A DNA stretch of 64,000 bases from an uncultured Planctomycetota bacterium. GTDB lineage: Bacteria; Planctomycetota; PLA2; JAEUHO01. The stretch lies in contig CAVVXN010000001.1 in NCBI GenBank assembly GCA_963752285.1, positions 800,001-864,000 on the forward strand, read 5' to 3'. Position 1 is the stretch's first letter, and every line of letters starts with the position of its first letter. The notes beneath the pieces were generated by a model. That model saw only the letters and a list, made by a program, of their open reading frames with translations, was not told the DNA's origin and made no database searches. A program made the position numbers and the translations under genes. This document shows, in pieces, positions 52,701 through 60,894 of this stretch.

Positions 52701-53352
52701 GCTCGCGTTCCGTGACGGCGAGGCGGTCGCGCTCGTGAACCTGGGCGAGGTCCACCTGCGCCTCGGCGCGCCGGAGGAGGCCGAGCGCGCGTTCCGCCTC
52801 TGCGCGCGGATCACGCGCGAGACGGGTTCTCGTCGTGTCGAGGCCTACGCCTGGCACGGCCTCGGGCTCCTCGACGCGATGCGGGGCGACCGCGACGCGG
52901 CCGAATCGCACCTCGAGCGCGCGCTCGCGCTTCGGCGCGAGATCCAGAACATGCAGGCGGTCGGGGACACGCTCCTCGCGCTCGGCGCGCTCCACCAGGA
53001 TCAGGGCGACACGGAGCGGGCCGCGGCGCGGCTCGGCGAGGCGCTCGCGGTCGCCGAGTCCGTCGGCGACACGAGCACGGCGACCCTGGCCGGGATCCGC
53101 CTCGCGCTGCTCGGGAAACGGAGCGCCGAGGACGCCGAGGCGCGCTACCTCGCGGCGCGCCCGCGGCTCCGTCACGACGCGGCGGCGGAGGCGAGCTGGC
53201 TCCTCTGGCGGGCGACGGGGAAGCCCGGCTGCCTCGAGACCGCGCGGGCCCTCCTCGCCTCCGAGCGCGCGAACGCCCCGGCGGGCGCGGCGGAGCGGAT
53301 GCTCCGGGCCGTGCCGGTCCACCGCGAGGTCGAGGCCGCGCGCCGGGCCTGA
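49705..53352 (+). CDS. Ser/Thr protein kinase with P-loop ATPase (AAA_16/STAND-like) and TPR domains
   Basis: LGVGGMGRVY, VAIK, HRDVKPEN, DLGVAK, YAAPEQ; ADAGFGKTRL, VVEDLH; C-terminal TPRs. Confidence 0.92.
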   Translation: MDPQRYRRVKEVYFEASAFPEADREAYLVTACAGDAALEAEVRRLLATRPPSTDGVRPGPARGAPPEALRDGTRVGEHVLVRVLGVGGMGRVYEARADDGSRVAIKVFHPHLLERAGSRARFHREVEIGRRVTHPCVVRTLGAGSVTLASGPVDYLVMEYVQGRTLRQVLDHLGSLPEGLVREIGSQAARGLEAVHEAGAVHRDVKPENLLLTEDHRLRITDLGVAKVLEGVPSLTSDGQFVGSLHYAAPEQLGQGTIGPATDLYALGVVLYELATGSHPFAAESPAAMLRAHLERVPTPAVDRGVGVSPFLSAVLATLLAKDPRDRFPSAAALAGVLEEGESAPWWRDHATRSAPARPPLVAVARETAMYGRVQERERLEAAWGDAREGHGRTVLLVADAGFGKTRLVGELLQSHATDDAARLYGAFEPGGGGGLRSALARYFLEDAPEERIEEYLGESRALLPGIVAWLRRQLPPADRPLPDLATRNALAARLLTGLAARRPVLWVVEDLHHAGADALTTVFSLARAAAGKAVLLVLTSREPLPPAPRAELGRITRFESVPLGRIPTADVEGICRERFDDEDAARRVGPRVAALADGVPLFALEILRGLEIGGRLTRTPSGRYVETQPIDDIEVPPTLRELVGDRLHGLTREEAEMLDVAAVAGGAIDPDLVARVRGVTRLRVLEVLGHLEKKSRLVRSDGATLRFDHPLIGEVVYDALPPALRQELHRLVAEAILAGADGPDAVTGQAAAAAVHHHLRGATPDRALPLAPRAIEWLSGNHHGPRMVDVLVRLREVRDVDPVVRVRYGIHLGRTLQQLGRSDDAQSTLAESIEEADRLGDPGLRVDARAALGYLRIERGEFDGALQTLDEVSPLLGPGADPARRADALGARGQALWCLGRYEDARRCHEEALALARDVGLSNFEARASSDLAVVCHELGELDRAEALLRRAIEIQRAEGTLRNEAVSISNLANVLHDQGRKAEALESYEASLALCRKLAFRDGEAVALVNLGEVHLRLGAPEEAERAFRLCARITRETGSRRVEAYAWHGLGLLDAMRGDRDAAESHLERALALRREIQNMQAVGDTLLALGALHQDQGDTERAAARLGEALAVAESVGDTSTATLAGIRLALLGKRSAEDAEARYLAARPRLRHDAAAEASWLLWRATGKPGCLETARALLASERANAPAGAAERMLRAVPVHREVEAARRA

Positions 53353-53451
53353 CGGCCCGCGCCACCGGGTCGCGGTCGGCGTTGCGGTCGGCGCGGGGAA
53401 TCCGTGTCTCTCCTTCCGGGGGCGCGTGGGGCGCTCCCGCCGGGAGCCGAC

Positions 53452-54582
53452 ATGGCCTCCTTCCCGCCCGCGCTCCACCGTCCACGGGCCCTTGCCGGGG
53501 CGCTCGTCCTGGCCGTCCTGGGGAGCGCCGCCGTCGCCCTCGGGCCCGGCCGGCCGCGGGGCGGGTCCGACCCGTCGCCGCCCGCGCGTCTCTCCCGGAC
53601 GGGGCTCTACGCCGACCCCGCGACCCTGGCCGTCGCGCGGGGCGTCCTTTCGTACACGCCGCAGTACCCGCTCTGGTCGGACGGCGCGACGAAGCGGCGG
53701 TGGATCCGGATCCCCGAGGGACGTGCCATCGACGCCTCGGACCCCGACCACTTCGACTTCCCCGTCGGGACGCGGATCTGGAAGGAGTTCTCCTTCGGGC
53801 GCCGGGTCGAGACGCGGTACATGGAACGCCGCGCGGACGGGGCGTGGACGTTCGCGACGTACCGCTGGAACGAAGACGGAACGGACGCCCTCCTCGTCCC
53901 GCCCGGGGGCGCGCCGGCCGCGGCCGAGTCGGCCCCCGGCGTCTGGCACGACATCCCCTCGCTCTTCGACTGCCGCGCGTGCCACGGAGACGGCCGCCTC
54001 GCGGTGCTCGGCTTCTCCGCGCTCCAGCTCTCGGCCGACCGCGATCCCCTGGCTCCGCACCGGGAGACCCCTGCGCCCGGCGCCGTGGACCTCGCGGGGC
54101 TCGCCCGGCGCGGGCTCGTCCGGAACCTCGACGCCGCGCTCCTCCACGTCCCGCCGCGCGTCGCGGCCTCGAGCGACGTCGCCCGCGCCGCGCTCGGGTA
54201 CCTCCACGCGAACTGCTCGTCGTGCCACCGTCCCGACTCGGACCTCGACGGCGTCGGCCTTTCCTTCCTGGTGCGCCTCGGCGGCGCGCAGCGCGGCCGC
54301 TCGGACGCGCTGGCGACGGCCGTCGGCCGGGCGAGCCGGTTCGGTCGCGCACCCGGCGTCGCGGCGCCGCTTCGCGTCGCGCCCGGCGACCCGGACGGGA
54401 GCGTCGTCGTGCGGCGCATGTCGTCGCAAAACGCGCTCGTTCGGATGCCGCCCTTCGGGACGCACGCCGTCGATCCCGACGCGCTCGCGCTCGTCGCGCG
54501 CTGGATCCGCGAGCTCGAGAACCAACGCGGTAGCGACCGCCGCGAGGGTGCGGCGGCGGCTCCCGCCCGATCGGAGCCCTGA
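53452..54582 (+). CDS. Exported diheme c-type cytochrome-like protein
   Basis: Signal peptide; YPLWSDGATKRRW, FPVGTRIWKEF; CRACH and CSSCH; RMPP distal Met. Confidence 0.75.
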   Translation: MASFPPALHRPRALAGALVLAVLGSAAVALGPGRPRGGSDPSPPARLSRTGLYADPATLAVARGVLSYTPQYPLWSDGATKRRWIRIPEGRAIDASDPDHFDFPVGTRIWKEFSFGRRVETRYMERRADGAWTFATYRWNEDGTDALLVPPGGAPAAAESAPGVWHDIPSLFDCRACHGDGRLAVLGFSALQLSADRDPLAPHRETPAPGAVDLAGLARRGLVRNLDAALLHVPPRVAASSDVARAALGYLHANCSSCHRPDSDLDGVGLSFLVRLGGAQRGRSDALATAVGRASRFGRAPGVAAPLRVAPGDPDGSVVVRRMSSQNALVRMPPFGTHAVDPDALALVARWIRELENQRGSDRREGAAAAPARSEP

Positions 54583-54583
54583 C

Positions 54584-55135
54584 ATGAAGACGACCCTGGT
54601 CCTGACCGTGATCCTCGCCGCCGTGGCCGGCATCGGCTGGCTGCGTCCCGCCGAGGGCCCCGCCCGCGGCGCCGCGCGCGGACGTTACATCGTGAACGCC
54701 TTCGCGTGCGCCGACTGCCACACGCCCTTCCAGATGGGGCCGCACGGTCCCGAACCCGACCTCGCGCGAGCGCTCTCGGGTCACCCCGAATCGCTCGCCA
54801 TGCCCCCTGCGCCGCGGCTGCCCGCCGGTCCGTGGGCGGTGACGGTCGCCGCGACGAACACGGCGTGGTCCGGACCGTGGGGTACGAGCTTCACCGCGAA
54901 CCTGACCCCCGACGACGAGACCGGCCTCGGCCGGTGGACGGCGGACATGTTCGTCGCCGCGATCCACAGCGGCCGCCACATGGGGCACGGGCGCCCGATC
55001 CTCCCGCCCATGCCCTTTCCGGCCCTCTCGAACCTGAGCGACGACGACCTCCGCGCGGTCTTCGCCTACCTGCGCACCCTACCGGCCGTCCGGAACCACG
55101 TTCCCGACCCCGTGCCGCCCGCCGCAGCCGAGTGA
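54584..55135 (+). CDS. c-type cytochrome (monoheme)
   Basis: Signal; ARGRYIV, CADCHTP, ANLTPDDETGLGRWT, PPMP, LSDDDLRAVFAYL. Confidence 0.85.
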   Translation: MKTTLVLTVILAAVAGIGWLRPAEGPARGAARGRYIVNAFACADCHTPFQMGPHGPEPDLARALSGHPESLAMPPAPRLPAGPWAVTVAATNTAWSGPWGTSFTANLTPDDETGLGRWTADMFVAAIHSGRHMGHGRPILPPMPFPALSNLSDDDLRAVFAYLRTLPAVRNHVPDPVPPAAAE

Positions 55136-55449
55136 CCGCGGCGGACCGGGCGGGGCGCGTGGACCGCGCGTCGCAAAACGGGCGACGCGCGGTCCCTCGT
55201 CCTCGTCCGAATGGGACGAACTTCGATGCGCTGGGCGTCACGCGGCCCGCGGCACGCCCGGATCCCGAGGACCGCGCGGCTCGTCGTCGGCGAGCCGTCG
55301 AAGCCCATCCTCGTGGCCCGGCGCGATCGGCCCGGCCCGCCCCGCCCTCCCCGCGGTCGGGTCCGTGGTCCGTGCCCGGCGGGCCGGGTCCGCGGGACGG
55401 CCCCGAGAGCCCTGTTTCTCGGGCGTTCCGAGCGACGCCCTCCCCCGGT

Positions 55450-55502
55450 CGGGCGTGTCGGTGGTTCTGTCTATGTTAGGTCCTCCAGACCACCGCAGCC
55501 CG
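55450..55502 (+). promoter_or_regulatory. Imperfect hairpin directly upstream of the RBS of the HNH-RuvB gene
   Basis: CGGGCgTGtCGGTGGTtCTG pairs with CAGACCACCGCAGCCCG; loop contains TATGTT. Confidence 0.45.
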
Positions 55503-55519
55503 GAAAGGGGGAACCCCAG

Positions 55520-58168
55520 ATGCCCGCCCTCGAAGACGTCCGCCAGGCCCTCTCGTCGATCGACCTCGTCCCGGGGCTCTCCGTCCAGAACGTCGAGATG
55601 CGCCTCGACGTCGGCCTCCGTCTCGGAGACGTGGGACAGCGCGTCCTCGCCTTCTACCTCGTCGAGATGGACGCCCGCCGCCTCTACCAGGCGCTCGGGT
55701 ACCCCACGACCGCCTCCTACGCCGAGGACCGCCTCGGTTTCGACCGGCGCCGGACCGCCGAGCTGATCCGGGTCGGGCGCGCGCTGCTCGCGCTCGAGGA
55801 GCTCGACCGGGCCTTCGCGCGGGACCGGCTCCCGTGGTCGAAGATCCTCCTGCTCTCGCGGGTCGCGACCCCGGAGCACGAGAAGGCGTGGCTCGGGCGC
55901 GCGCTCGAGAGGACGACGCGCGAGCTCGAGGCGGAGGTCCGAAGCGTCAGGGTGGGCGCCCCTCCGCCCCAGCCCGGCGAGCGAAGGGGTCTTCCCGAGG
56001 TTCGCTTCGAGGTCGAGATGAAGGTCTCGGCGCTCGTCCAGGCGAAGCTCGAGCAGGCTCAGGCCCGCGTCGAGGCGGAGCGCGAGACGCCGATCGGAGG
56101 GCCCGAGCTCCTGGACGTCCTCCTCGACACGTTCCTCTCGCTCGAGGAGGACGGGACCGCGCCGGGGAAGAAGCGCGTGGACGCGTCGCTCTACAAGATC
56201 GTGCTCCACGAGGAGGAGCCACCGGAAGCCGGGGACCAGGCCGGGGACGAGGCTTGCGACGAGGCCGAGGACGCGCACGAGACGGAAGAGAGCGACGGAG
56301 GCGCGTCGCCCCCGCTCGGGGACGCCGCGAGCGACGAGGCGAATCACGCGGCGCACCGCGCCGCGAGCCGCGTTGCGGGCCACGCCGCGAGCCCTGCCGC
56401 GAGCCACGCCGCGAGCCACGCCGCGGGCCACGCCACGAACGTCGCGGGGAGTGACGCGGGGCCAACCGCACCGACCACGCGGTCCGCCGACGGCCCGCGG
56501 CTCTGGCTGGAGGGGGGCCTCTCGCTCGACGCGTCCCTCAGCGCGGCGATCCGCTGCGACGCGGCCGTGACCCGGATCGACGAGGCGCGGCACGGTCGCC
56601 ACGACGATCCAGGTCACGATCACGACCACAAGGACGTGAAGACCCCGCCGTGGCTTCGGAGGCGCGCGCTCGCCCGCGACGACCACCGCTGCCGGGGCTG
56701 CGGCTCCCGCTACCGGCTGATGGTCCACCACGTCCGGTGGCGCTCCCACGGAGGGCGGACGCACCTTCGAAACCTCGTGACGCTCTGCGTGCGCTGTCAC
56801 GCGCTGGTCCACGCCGGCCTCCTCGTCGTCACCGGGAGGGACGCCCGCCGACTCTCGTTCCTCGGGCGGGACGGGCGGGCGCTGCGACGTCCGCTCCCGG
56901 CCGAGGACCGCCTCGCGATCTTGGAGATCCCGCCCGCACGGGACGGTGGGGGGGCGGGAGCGCCCGCGCGACCCGGGCCCGCGGGCGCGGCGCACGCGGG
57001 GATCGGGCGCGCGGAGGCCGGGTGCGCGGAGGCCGGGTGCGCGGAGAGCGGGCGCGCGGAGACCGGCTGCGTCGGGATCGGGAACGTGCCCCGGGAGATC
57101 GACGGGGCGTGGTGGCGGCGCCACAAGGATCTCGTCCGGTTCCGGAGCGAGACGACGCTCTCGCTCCGTCCGGGCGTCGCGCGGCCGGTGGACGAAAGGG
57201 CTGCGAGCCGAGGCGCCGCGAACCGGGAGGGTGCGCGGAGCGAGCCGATCCCGGTCGAGCAGGCCTTCCCCGGCCTCGTGGGCCAGGACGCGCTCCTGGC
57301 GCGGCTCGCCGTGACCTCCAAGGGGTCCCGGGCCCGGGGGGAGACGTTTCCCCATGTGCTCCTCGTCGGCCCCGCGGGCACGGGGAAGACCACGATCGCG
57401 CGGGGGATCTCGCGCCTCGAGGGAACCCGGCTCGTCGAGGCATCGGGGAGCTTCCTCTCCGACGTCGGCGCGATGGTCCGGCTCCTGGCCGGACTCGAAG
57501 AGGGCGACGTGTTCTTCCTGGACGAGGTCCACGCGATCCCCGCGGCGGCGCTCGAGACGCTCTACCAGGCGATGGTCGAGCAGGCCCTTCCGCTCGTGGT
57601 GGAGATGGGCGTCGAGTCGCGGCCCGTCCGGCTCGTGCTCCCGCGCTTCACGCTCGTCGCCGCGACGACCGAGGAGCCGCGCGTCCCGCTTCCGCTCCGG
57701 AGCCGGTTCGGGCTCGTGGAGACGCTCGGCTACTACGGGGCGGCGGACCTCGCGCGACTCGCGGTCGCGCGGGCGGGGGCGAAGGGGTACGCGCTCGGGC
57801 CGGAGGCGGCGAAGGGGCTCGCGAAGGTGGCGAGAGGAACGCCCCGTGAGGCGATCCGGCTCGTGGAGCGAACGCTCGACGCGGCGGCGGCCGAGGGCAC
57901 GAGGCGGATCGACGCCCGGGTCGCGACGAGAACCCTCTCGCTCCTCGGCTACGACGCCGACGGGCTCGACCCGACCGAGCAGCGCTACCTCGCGCTGCTC
58001 CGTGCGAGCGCGGGGCCCGTGCCGCTCGGCCGGCTCGCGCGGATGCTCGGGACGAGCGCGGGCGCGGTGCTCCAGAGGGTCGAGCCCTACCTCTGCCTTC
58101 GCGGCCTCGTCCGCGTGACGCCGACGGGGCGCGTCGCGACGTACCGACCTCGGATCGCGGAGGCCTGA
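55520..58168 (+). CDS. DUF222-like/HNH endonuclease/RuvB-like AAA+ ATPase fusion protein
   Basis: N-term YAEDRLGF...ELIRVGRAL...LPWSKILLL; HNH RDDHRCRGC...VHHVRWRSHGGRT...NLVTLCVRCH; RuvB VGQ, GPAGTGKTT, FLDEVH, AATT, LRSRFG, RGTPR, EPYL, TPTGR. Confidence 0.88.
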   Translation: MPALEDVRQALSSIDLVPGLSVQNVEMRLDVGLRLGDVGQRVLAFYLVEMDARRLYQALGYPTTASYAEDRLGFDRRRTAELIRVGRALLALEELDRAFARDRLPWSKILLLSRVATPEHEKAWLGRALERTTRELEAEVRSVRVGAPPPQPGERRGLPEVRFEVEMKVSALVQAKLEQAQARVEAERETPIGGPELLDVLLDTFLSLEEDGTAPGKKRVDASLYKIVLHEEEPPEAGDQAGDEACDEAEDAHETEESDGGASPPLGDAASDEANHAAHRAASRVAGHAASPAASHAASHAAGHATNVAGSDAGPTAPTTRSADGPRLWLEGGLSLDASLSAAIRCDAAVTRIDEARHGRHDDPGHDHDHKDVKTPPWLRRRALARDDHRCRGCGSRYRLMVHHVRWRSHGGRTHLRNLVTLCVRCHALVHAGLLVVTGRDARRLSFLGRDGRALRRPLPAEDRLAILEIPPARDGGGAGAPARPGPAGAAHAGIGRAEAGCAEAGCAESGRAETGCVGIGNVPREIDGAWWRRHKDLVRFRSETTLSLRPGVARPVDERAASRGAANREGARSEPIPVEQAFPGLVGQDALLARLAVTSKGSRARGETFPHVLLVGPAGTGKTTIARGISRLEGTRLVEASGSFLSDVGAMVRLLAGLEEGDVFFLDEVHAIPAAALETLYQAMVEQALPLVVEMGVESRPVRLVLPRFTLVAATTEEPRVPLPLRSRFGLVETLGYYGAADLARLAVARAGAKGYALGPEAAKGLAKVARGTPREAIRLVERTLDAAAAEGTRRIDARVATRTLSLLGYDADGLDPTEQRYLALLRASAGPVPLGRLARMLGTSAGAVLQRVEPYLCLRGLVRVTPTGRVATYRPRIAEA

Positions 58169-58436
58169 CCGGGGAGACGCACGCGACGAGCGGCCGCCCC
58201 TCGAACGGAGGAAGGGGAGCCGGACGCGCGCGAGCGCGACGGGGGAGAGGTGCGTCCCGAGGCCGCGGCGCGCGGCTGCGGCGCGAGGCCGCGCTGCGGG
58301 CGGGGCGCGAGGGCGCGGCGCGCGGGCGCGGCGCGGGCGCGGTCGGGGTGCGGGTGCGGTCGGGGTGCCGAATCGGGGGGAGGCGGGCGAACGAGGCGCC
58401 CCATTAGCCCGTCCGATCTCGCCGAGGGCGATCGGA

Positions 58437-58481
58437 CGAGGTCGGCGAGGTCGGCGAGGTCGGCGAGGTCGGCGAGGTCGG
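58437..58481. repeat. Tandem repeat (CGAGGTCGG)x5
   Basis: Five exact 9-mers. Confidence 0.9.
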
Positions 58482-58503
58482 CAGGCGTCCGGACGGGGCG
58501 CTT

Positions 58504-58850
58504 TGTAAAGATCGGCGCGCGCCGGACGTCCGGCAAAACCGACCGGGGGTCGGGATTGCGCTCGACGCTTGGCCGGAGCCGCATCCCGTGGGCGCCCGCG
58601 CGTAGAGGGCGGCGGCGCGAGAGCTTCCAGGACGACGGGCGCGCGCCGGACGCCTGGCCATGCCGAGCGTCGGGTCCCGACGGACCGTCGGGTCCCGACG
58701 AACCGCCGGGTGTCGCGCGGGTTGGGCGCCCGGGGTGGTCGCGGGCGGCGTTGCCGGGGTCGGATCGGCGGCGCCGAGGGGCTCGTGTGCAAGGGCTTCT
58801 GTAAAGACCGGGGCGCGCCGGACGTCCGGCAATGCCGACCCGGGTCGGCA
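58504..58850. repeat. Two related ~50-bp double-palindrome units (58504-58553 and 58800-58850)
   Basis: TGTAAAGA.CGG.GCGCGCCGGACGTCCGGCAA..CCGACC.GGG(G)TCGG in both copies. Confidence 0.8.
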
Positions 58851-58926
58851 ATCGACATCCGGGACCTCGGGGCTCGTGTGGGGCGGGCCCGGGCCGCGCT
58901 TGGTCCCCCTCCGGACGCTGGACAAT

Positions 58927-58940
58927 ACTGACCAGTCAGT
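58927..58940. promoter_or_regulatory. Probable TetR operator
   Basis: Palindrome ACTGAC-CA-GTCAGT next to a -35-like TGGACA, upstream of the tetR-efflux operon. Confidence 0.7.
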
Positions 58941-58995
58941 CGGTTTTGGGTGCTCGGCGTCGTCCGGACCGGGCCGCCCGGAGGACGCACATCCC

Positions 58996-59562
58996 TTGCA
59001 GACACGATCCGAGGACAAGCGCCAACGCATTCGTCGCGCCGCCGCCGAGCTCTTCGCCACGCGGCCGTATCACGAGGTCCTTCTCTCCGACGTGGCGGCC
59101 GCTGCCGGCGTGGGGAAGGGCACCATCTACGTCTACTTCGAGAACAAGGACAGCCTCTATCTCTCGGTCTACCTGGAGGAGTTCGTGGCCCTGGTGGACG
59201 CCCTCGATGCGTCCGCCGACGCCGCTCCGGACGCCCCCGAGGCCCTCCGCCAGGTGGTCCAGCAGCTCGTCGCCCACATCTTCGGGAGCCCCCACGTCTC
59301 CGAGCTGCTGCGAAACGTCGGGGCCCCCGGCGCGCTGACCCCGTTCCGCGAGCAGCACGGGCGCCTGACGGCGCTGATCGCCAAGGTGATCCGGCGGGGC
59401 GTCGAGGCGGGCCGGTTCCAGGACCCGCGCCCCGACCTCACCGCGGTCTACCTCCCCGGGATCGTCCGGTCGGCGCTCCTCTACGGTCCGCAGGGACTCA
59501 CGGCCGTCGAGGTGAGCGAGCACCTGGTCGGGCTCCTCCTCTCCGCGCTCGCGGCGAGGTAG
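58996..59562 (+). CDS. TetR/AcrR family transcriptional regulator
   Basis: IRRAAAELFA...DVAAAAGVGKGTIYVYFENKDSL; TTG start after GGAGGA. Confidence 0.9.
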   Translation: MQTRSEDKRQRIRRAAAELFATRPYHEVLLSDVAAAAGVGKGTIYVYFENKDSLYLSVYLEEFVALVDALDASADAAPDAPEALRQVVQQLVAHIFGSPHVSELLRNVGAPGALTPFREQHGRLTALIAKVIRRGVEAGRFQDPRPDLTAVYLPGIVRSALLYGPQGLTAVEVSEHLVGLLLSALAAR

Positions 59563-59564
59563 CC

Positions 59565-60887
59565 GTGCCCGAACCCGACGAGCGGAAGCGACCGAAGAAG
59601 AGGATCGTCCTCCTCGTGGTCCTCGGGGTCGCGGCCGCCGTCGGGGCCGCCTTCGGCGTGCCGCGGGTCCTCTACGCGCTCCACCACGAGTCCACGGACG
59701 ACGCGTTCGTCGAGGGCACGATCGCCTCCGTGAGCTTTCGGATCTCGGGGCACGTCCAGGCCGTTCACGTGGACGACAACGAGCGCGTGCCCGCGGGGGC
59801 GCCGATCGCGGAGCTCGACCCGGCGTCGTTCGAGGTGAGGCTCCACGCCGCCGCGGCCGCGCTCGAGGCCGCGCGGGCGAAGCTCCAGGGGCTCGAAGCG
59901 CGCGTACGCCTCGCCGAGCAGACGACCGCGGCCGACGTCGAGGGCGCCGCGGCGGCCGTGGACGTCGCCGAGGCCGAGCTCGCCGCCGCGCGCACGCGCG
60001 TGGACGTCGCCGAGCAGAACGAGAACGGCGCGGGGATCGACGTGAAGGTCGCCGCCGCCGAGCGGGACGAGGCCCTCGCCGCCGAGGCGTCCGCGAGGGC
60101 CTCCGCGGAGCTCGACGCGACCGATCTCGAGCGCTCGAAGGTCCTCTACGCGCAGAAGACCATCACGAAGGCCGAGCTGGACCGCGCCGAGGCCGCATCG
60201 CGCGTCTCCGCCGCGAAGCTCGAGGCCGCCGGCAAGATGATCGCCGCCGCGCGCGCGCGACTGGAGCAGGCGAGCACGAGGGTCGCGGTCGCGAAGAGCA
60301 TGGTCACGCAGGAGAAGGCGGGCGTGGACCGCGCACAGGCAGCCCTCGAGGCGGCGCGCGCGAAGCAGAAGAGCGCAAAGAGCGCGACGCTCCAGGTGGA
60401 GGTGGCGAAGGCCGAGCGCGACGAGCAGCGCGCCGAGGTCGAGGGGGCCGAGGCCGACCTGGCGCAGGCGAGGCTCGACCTCGGGTACACGAAGCTCGTC
60501 GCCCCCGTGGCGGGACGGGTCACGAAGAAGTCGCTCACCGTGGGGCAGTGGGTGGAGCCCGGGCAAGCGCTCATGGCGCTCGTTCCCGACGACGTGTGGG
60601 TGGTCGCCAACTACAAGGAGACGCAGGTCGGCGACATCCACCCCGGCCAGACCGTGCGGGTCCAGGTGGACGCGTTCCCCGAACACGACTTCCGGGGGCG
60701 CGTGGACAGCATCCAGGCGGGGACGGGCTCGCGCTTCAGCCTTCTCCCCGCCGAGAACGCGACCGGCAACTACGTGAAGGTGGTCCAGCGCATCCCGGTG
60801 AAGATCGTCTTCGACCCGGCGCCCGACCTCGACGCGTTCCCTCTCTCGCCCGGGATGTCGGTCCAGGCCGACGCAGACGTCGACTAG
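59565..60887 (+). CDS. EmrA/HlyD family membrane fusion protein
   Basis: TM, ESTDDAFV, long coiled coil, ANYKETQ, GTGSRFSLLPAENATGNYVKVVQRIPVKI. Confidence 0.92.
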   Translation: MPEPDERKRPKKRIVLLVVLGVAAAVGAAFGVPRVLYALHHESTDDAFVEGTIASVSFRISGHVQAVHVDDNERVPAGAPIAELDPASFEVRLHAAAAALEAARAKLQGLEARVRLAEQTTAADVEGAAAAVDVAEAELAAARTRVDVAEQNENGAGIDVKVAAAERDEALAAEASARASAELDATDLERSKVLYAQKTITKAELDRAEAASRVSAAKLEAAGKMIAAARARLEQASTRVAVAKSMVTQEKAGVDRAQAALEAARAKQKSAKSATLQVEVAKAERDEQRAEVEGAEADLAQARLDLGYTKLVAPVAGRVTKKSLTVGQWVEPGQALMALVPDDVWVVANYKETQVGDIHPGQTVRVQVDAFPEHDFRGRVDSIQAGTGSRFSLLPAENATGNYVKVVQRIPVKIVFDPAPDLDAFPLSPGMSVQADADVD

Positions 60888-60894
60888 CGCGCGC

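Noticed and set aside
49029..52715. 1228-aa sigma factor fusion
   Set aside because: Read-through artefact of the frameshift; the remainder is off-frame over the kinase gene
57265..58168. Canonical ruvB gene
   Set aside because: No separate start/RBS, in frame with the upstream HNH, divergent motifs and no ruvA/ruvC, so no gene symbol was assigned
58400..58860. CRISPR array
   Set aside because: No regularly spaced repeats with unique spacers, and no cas genes in the window
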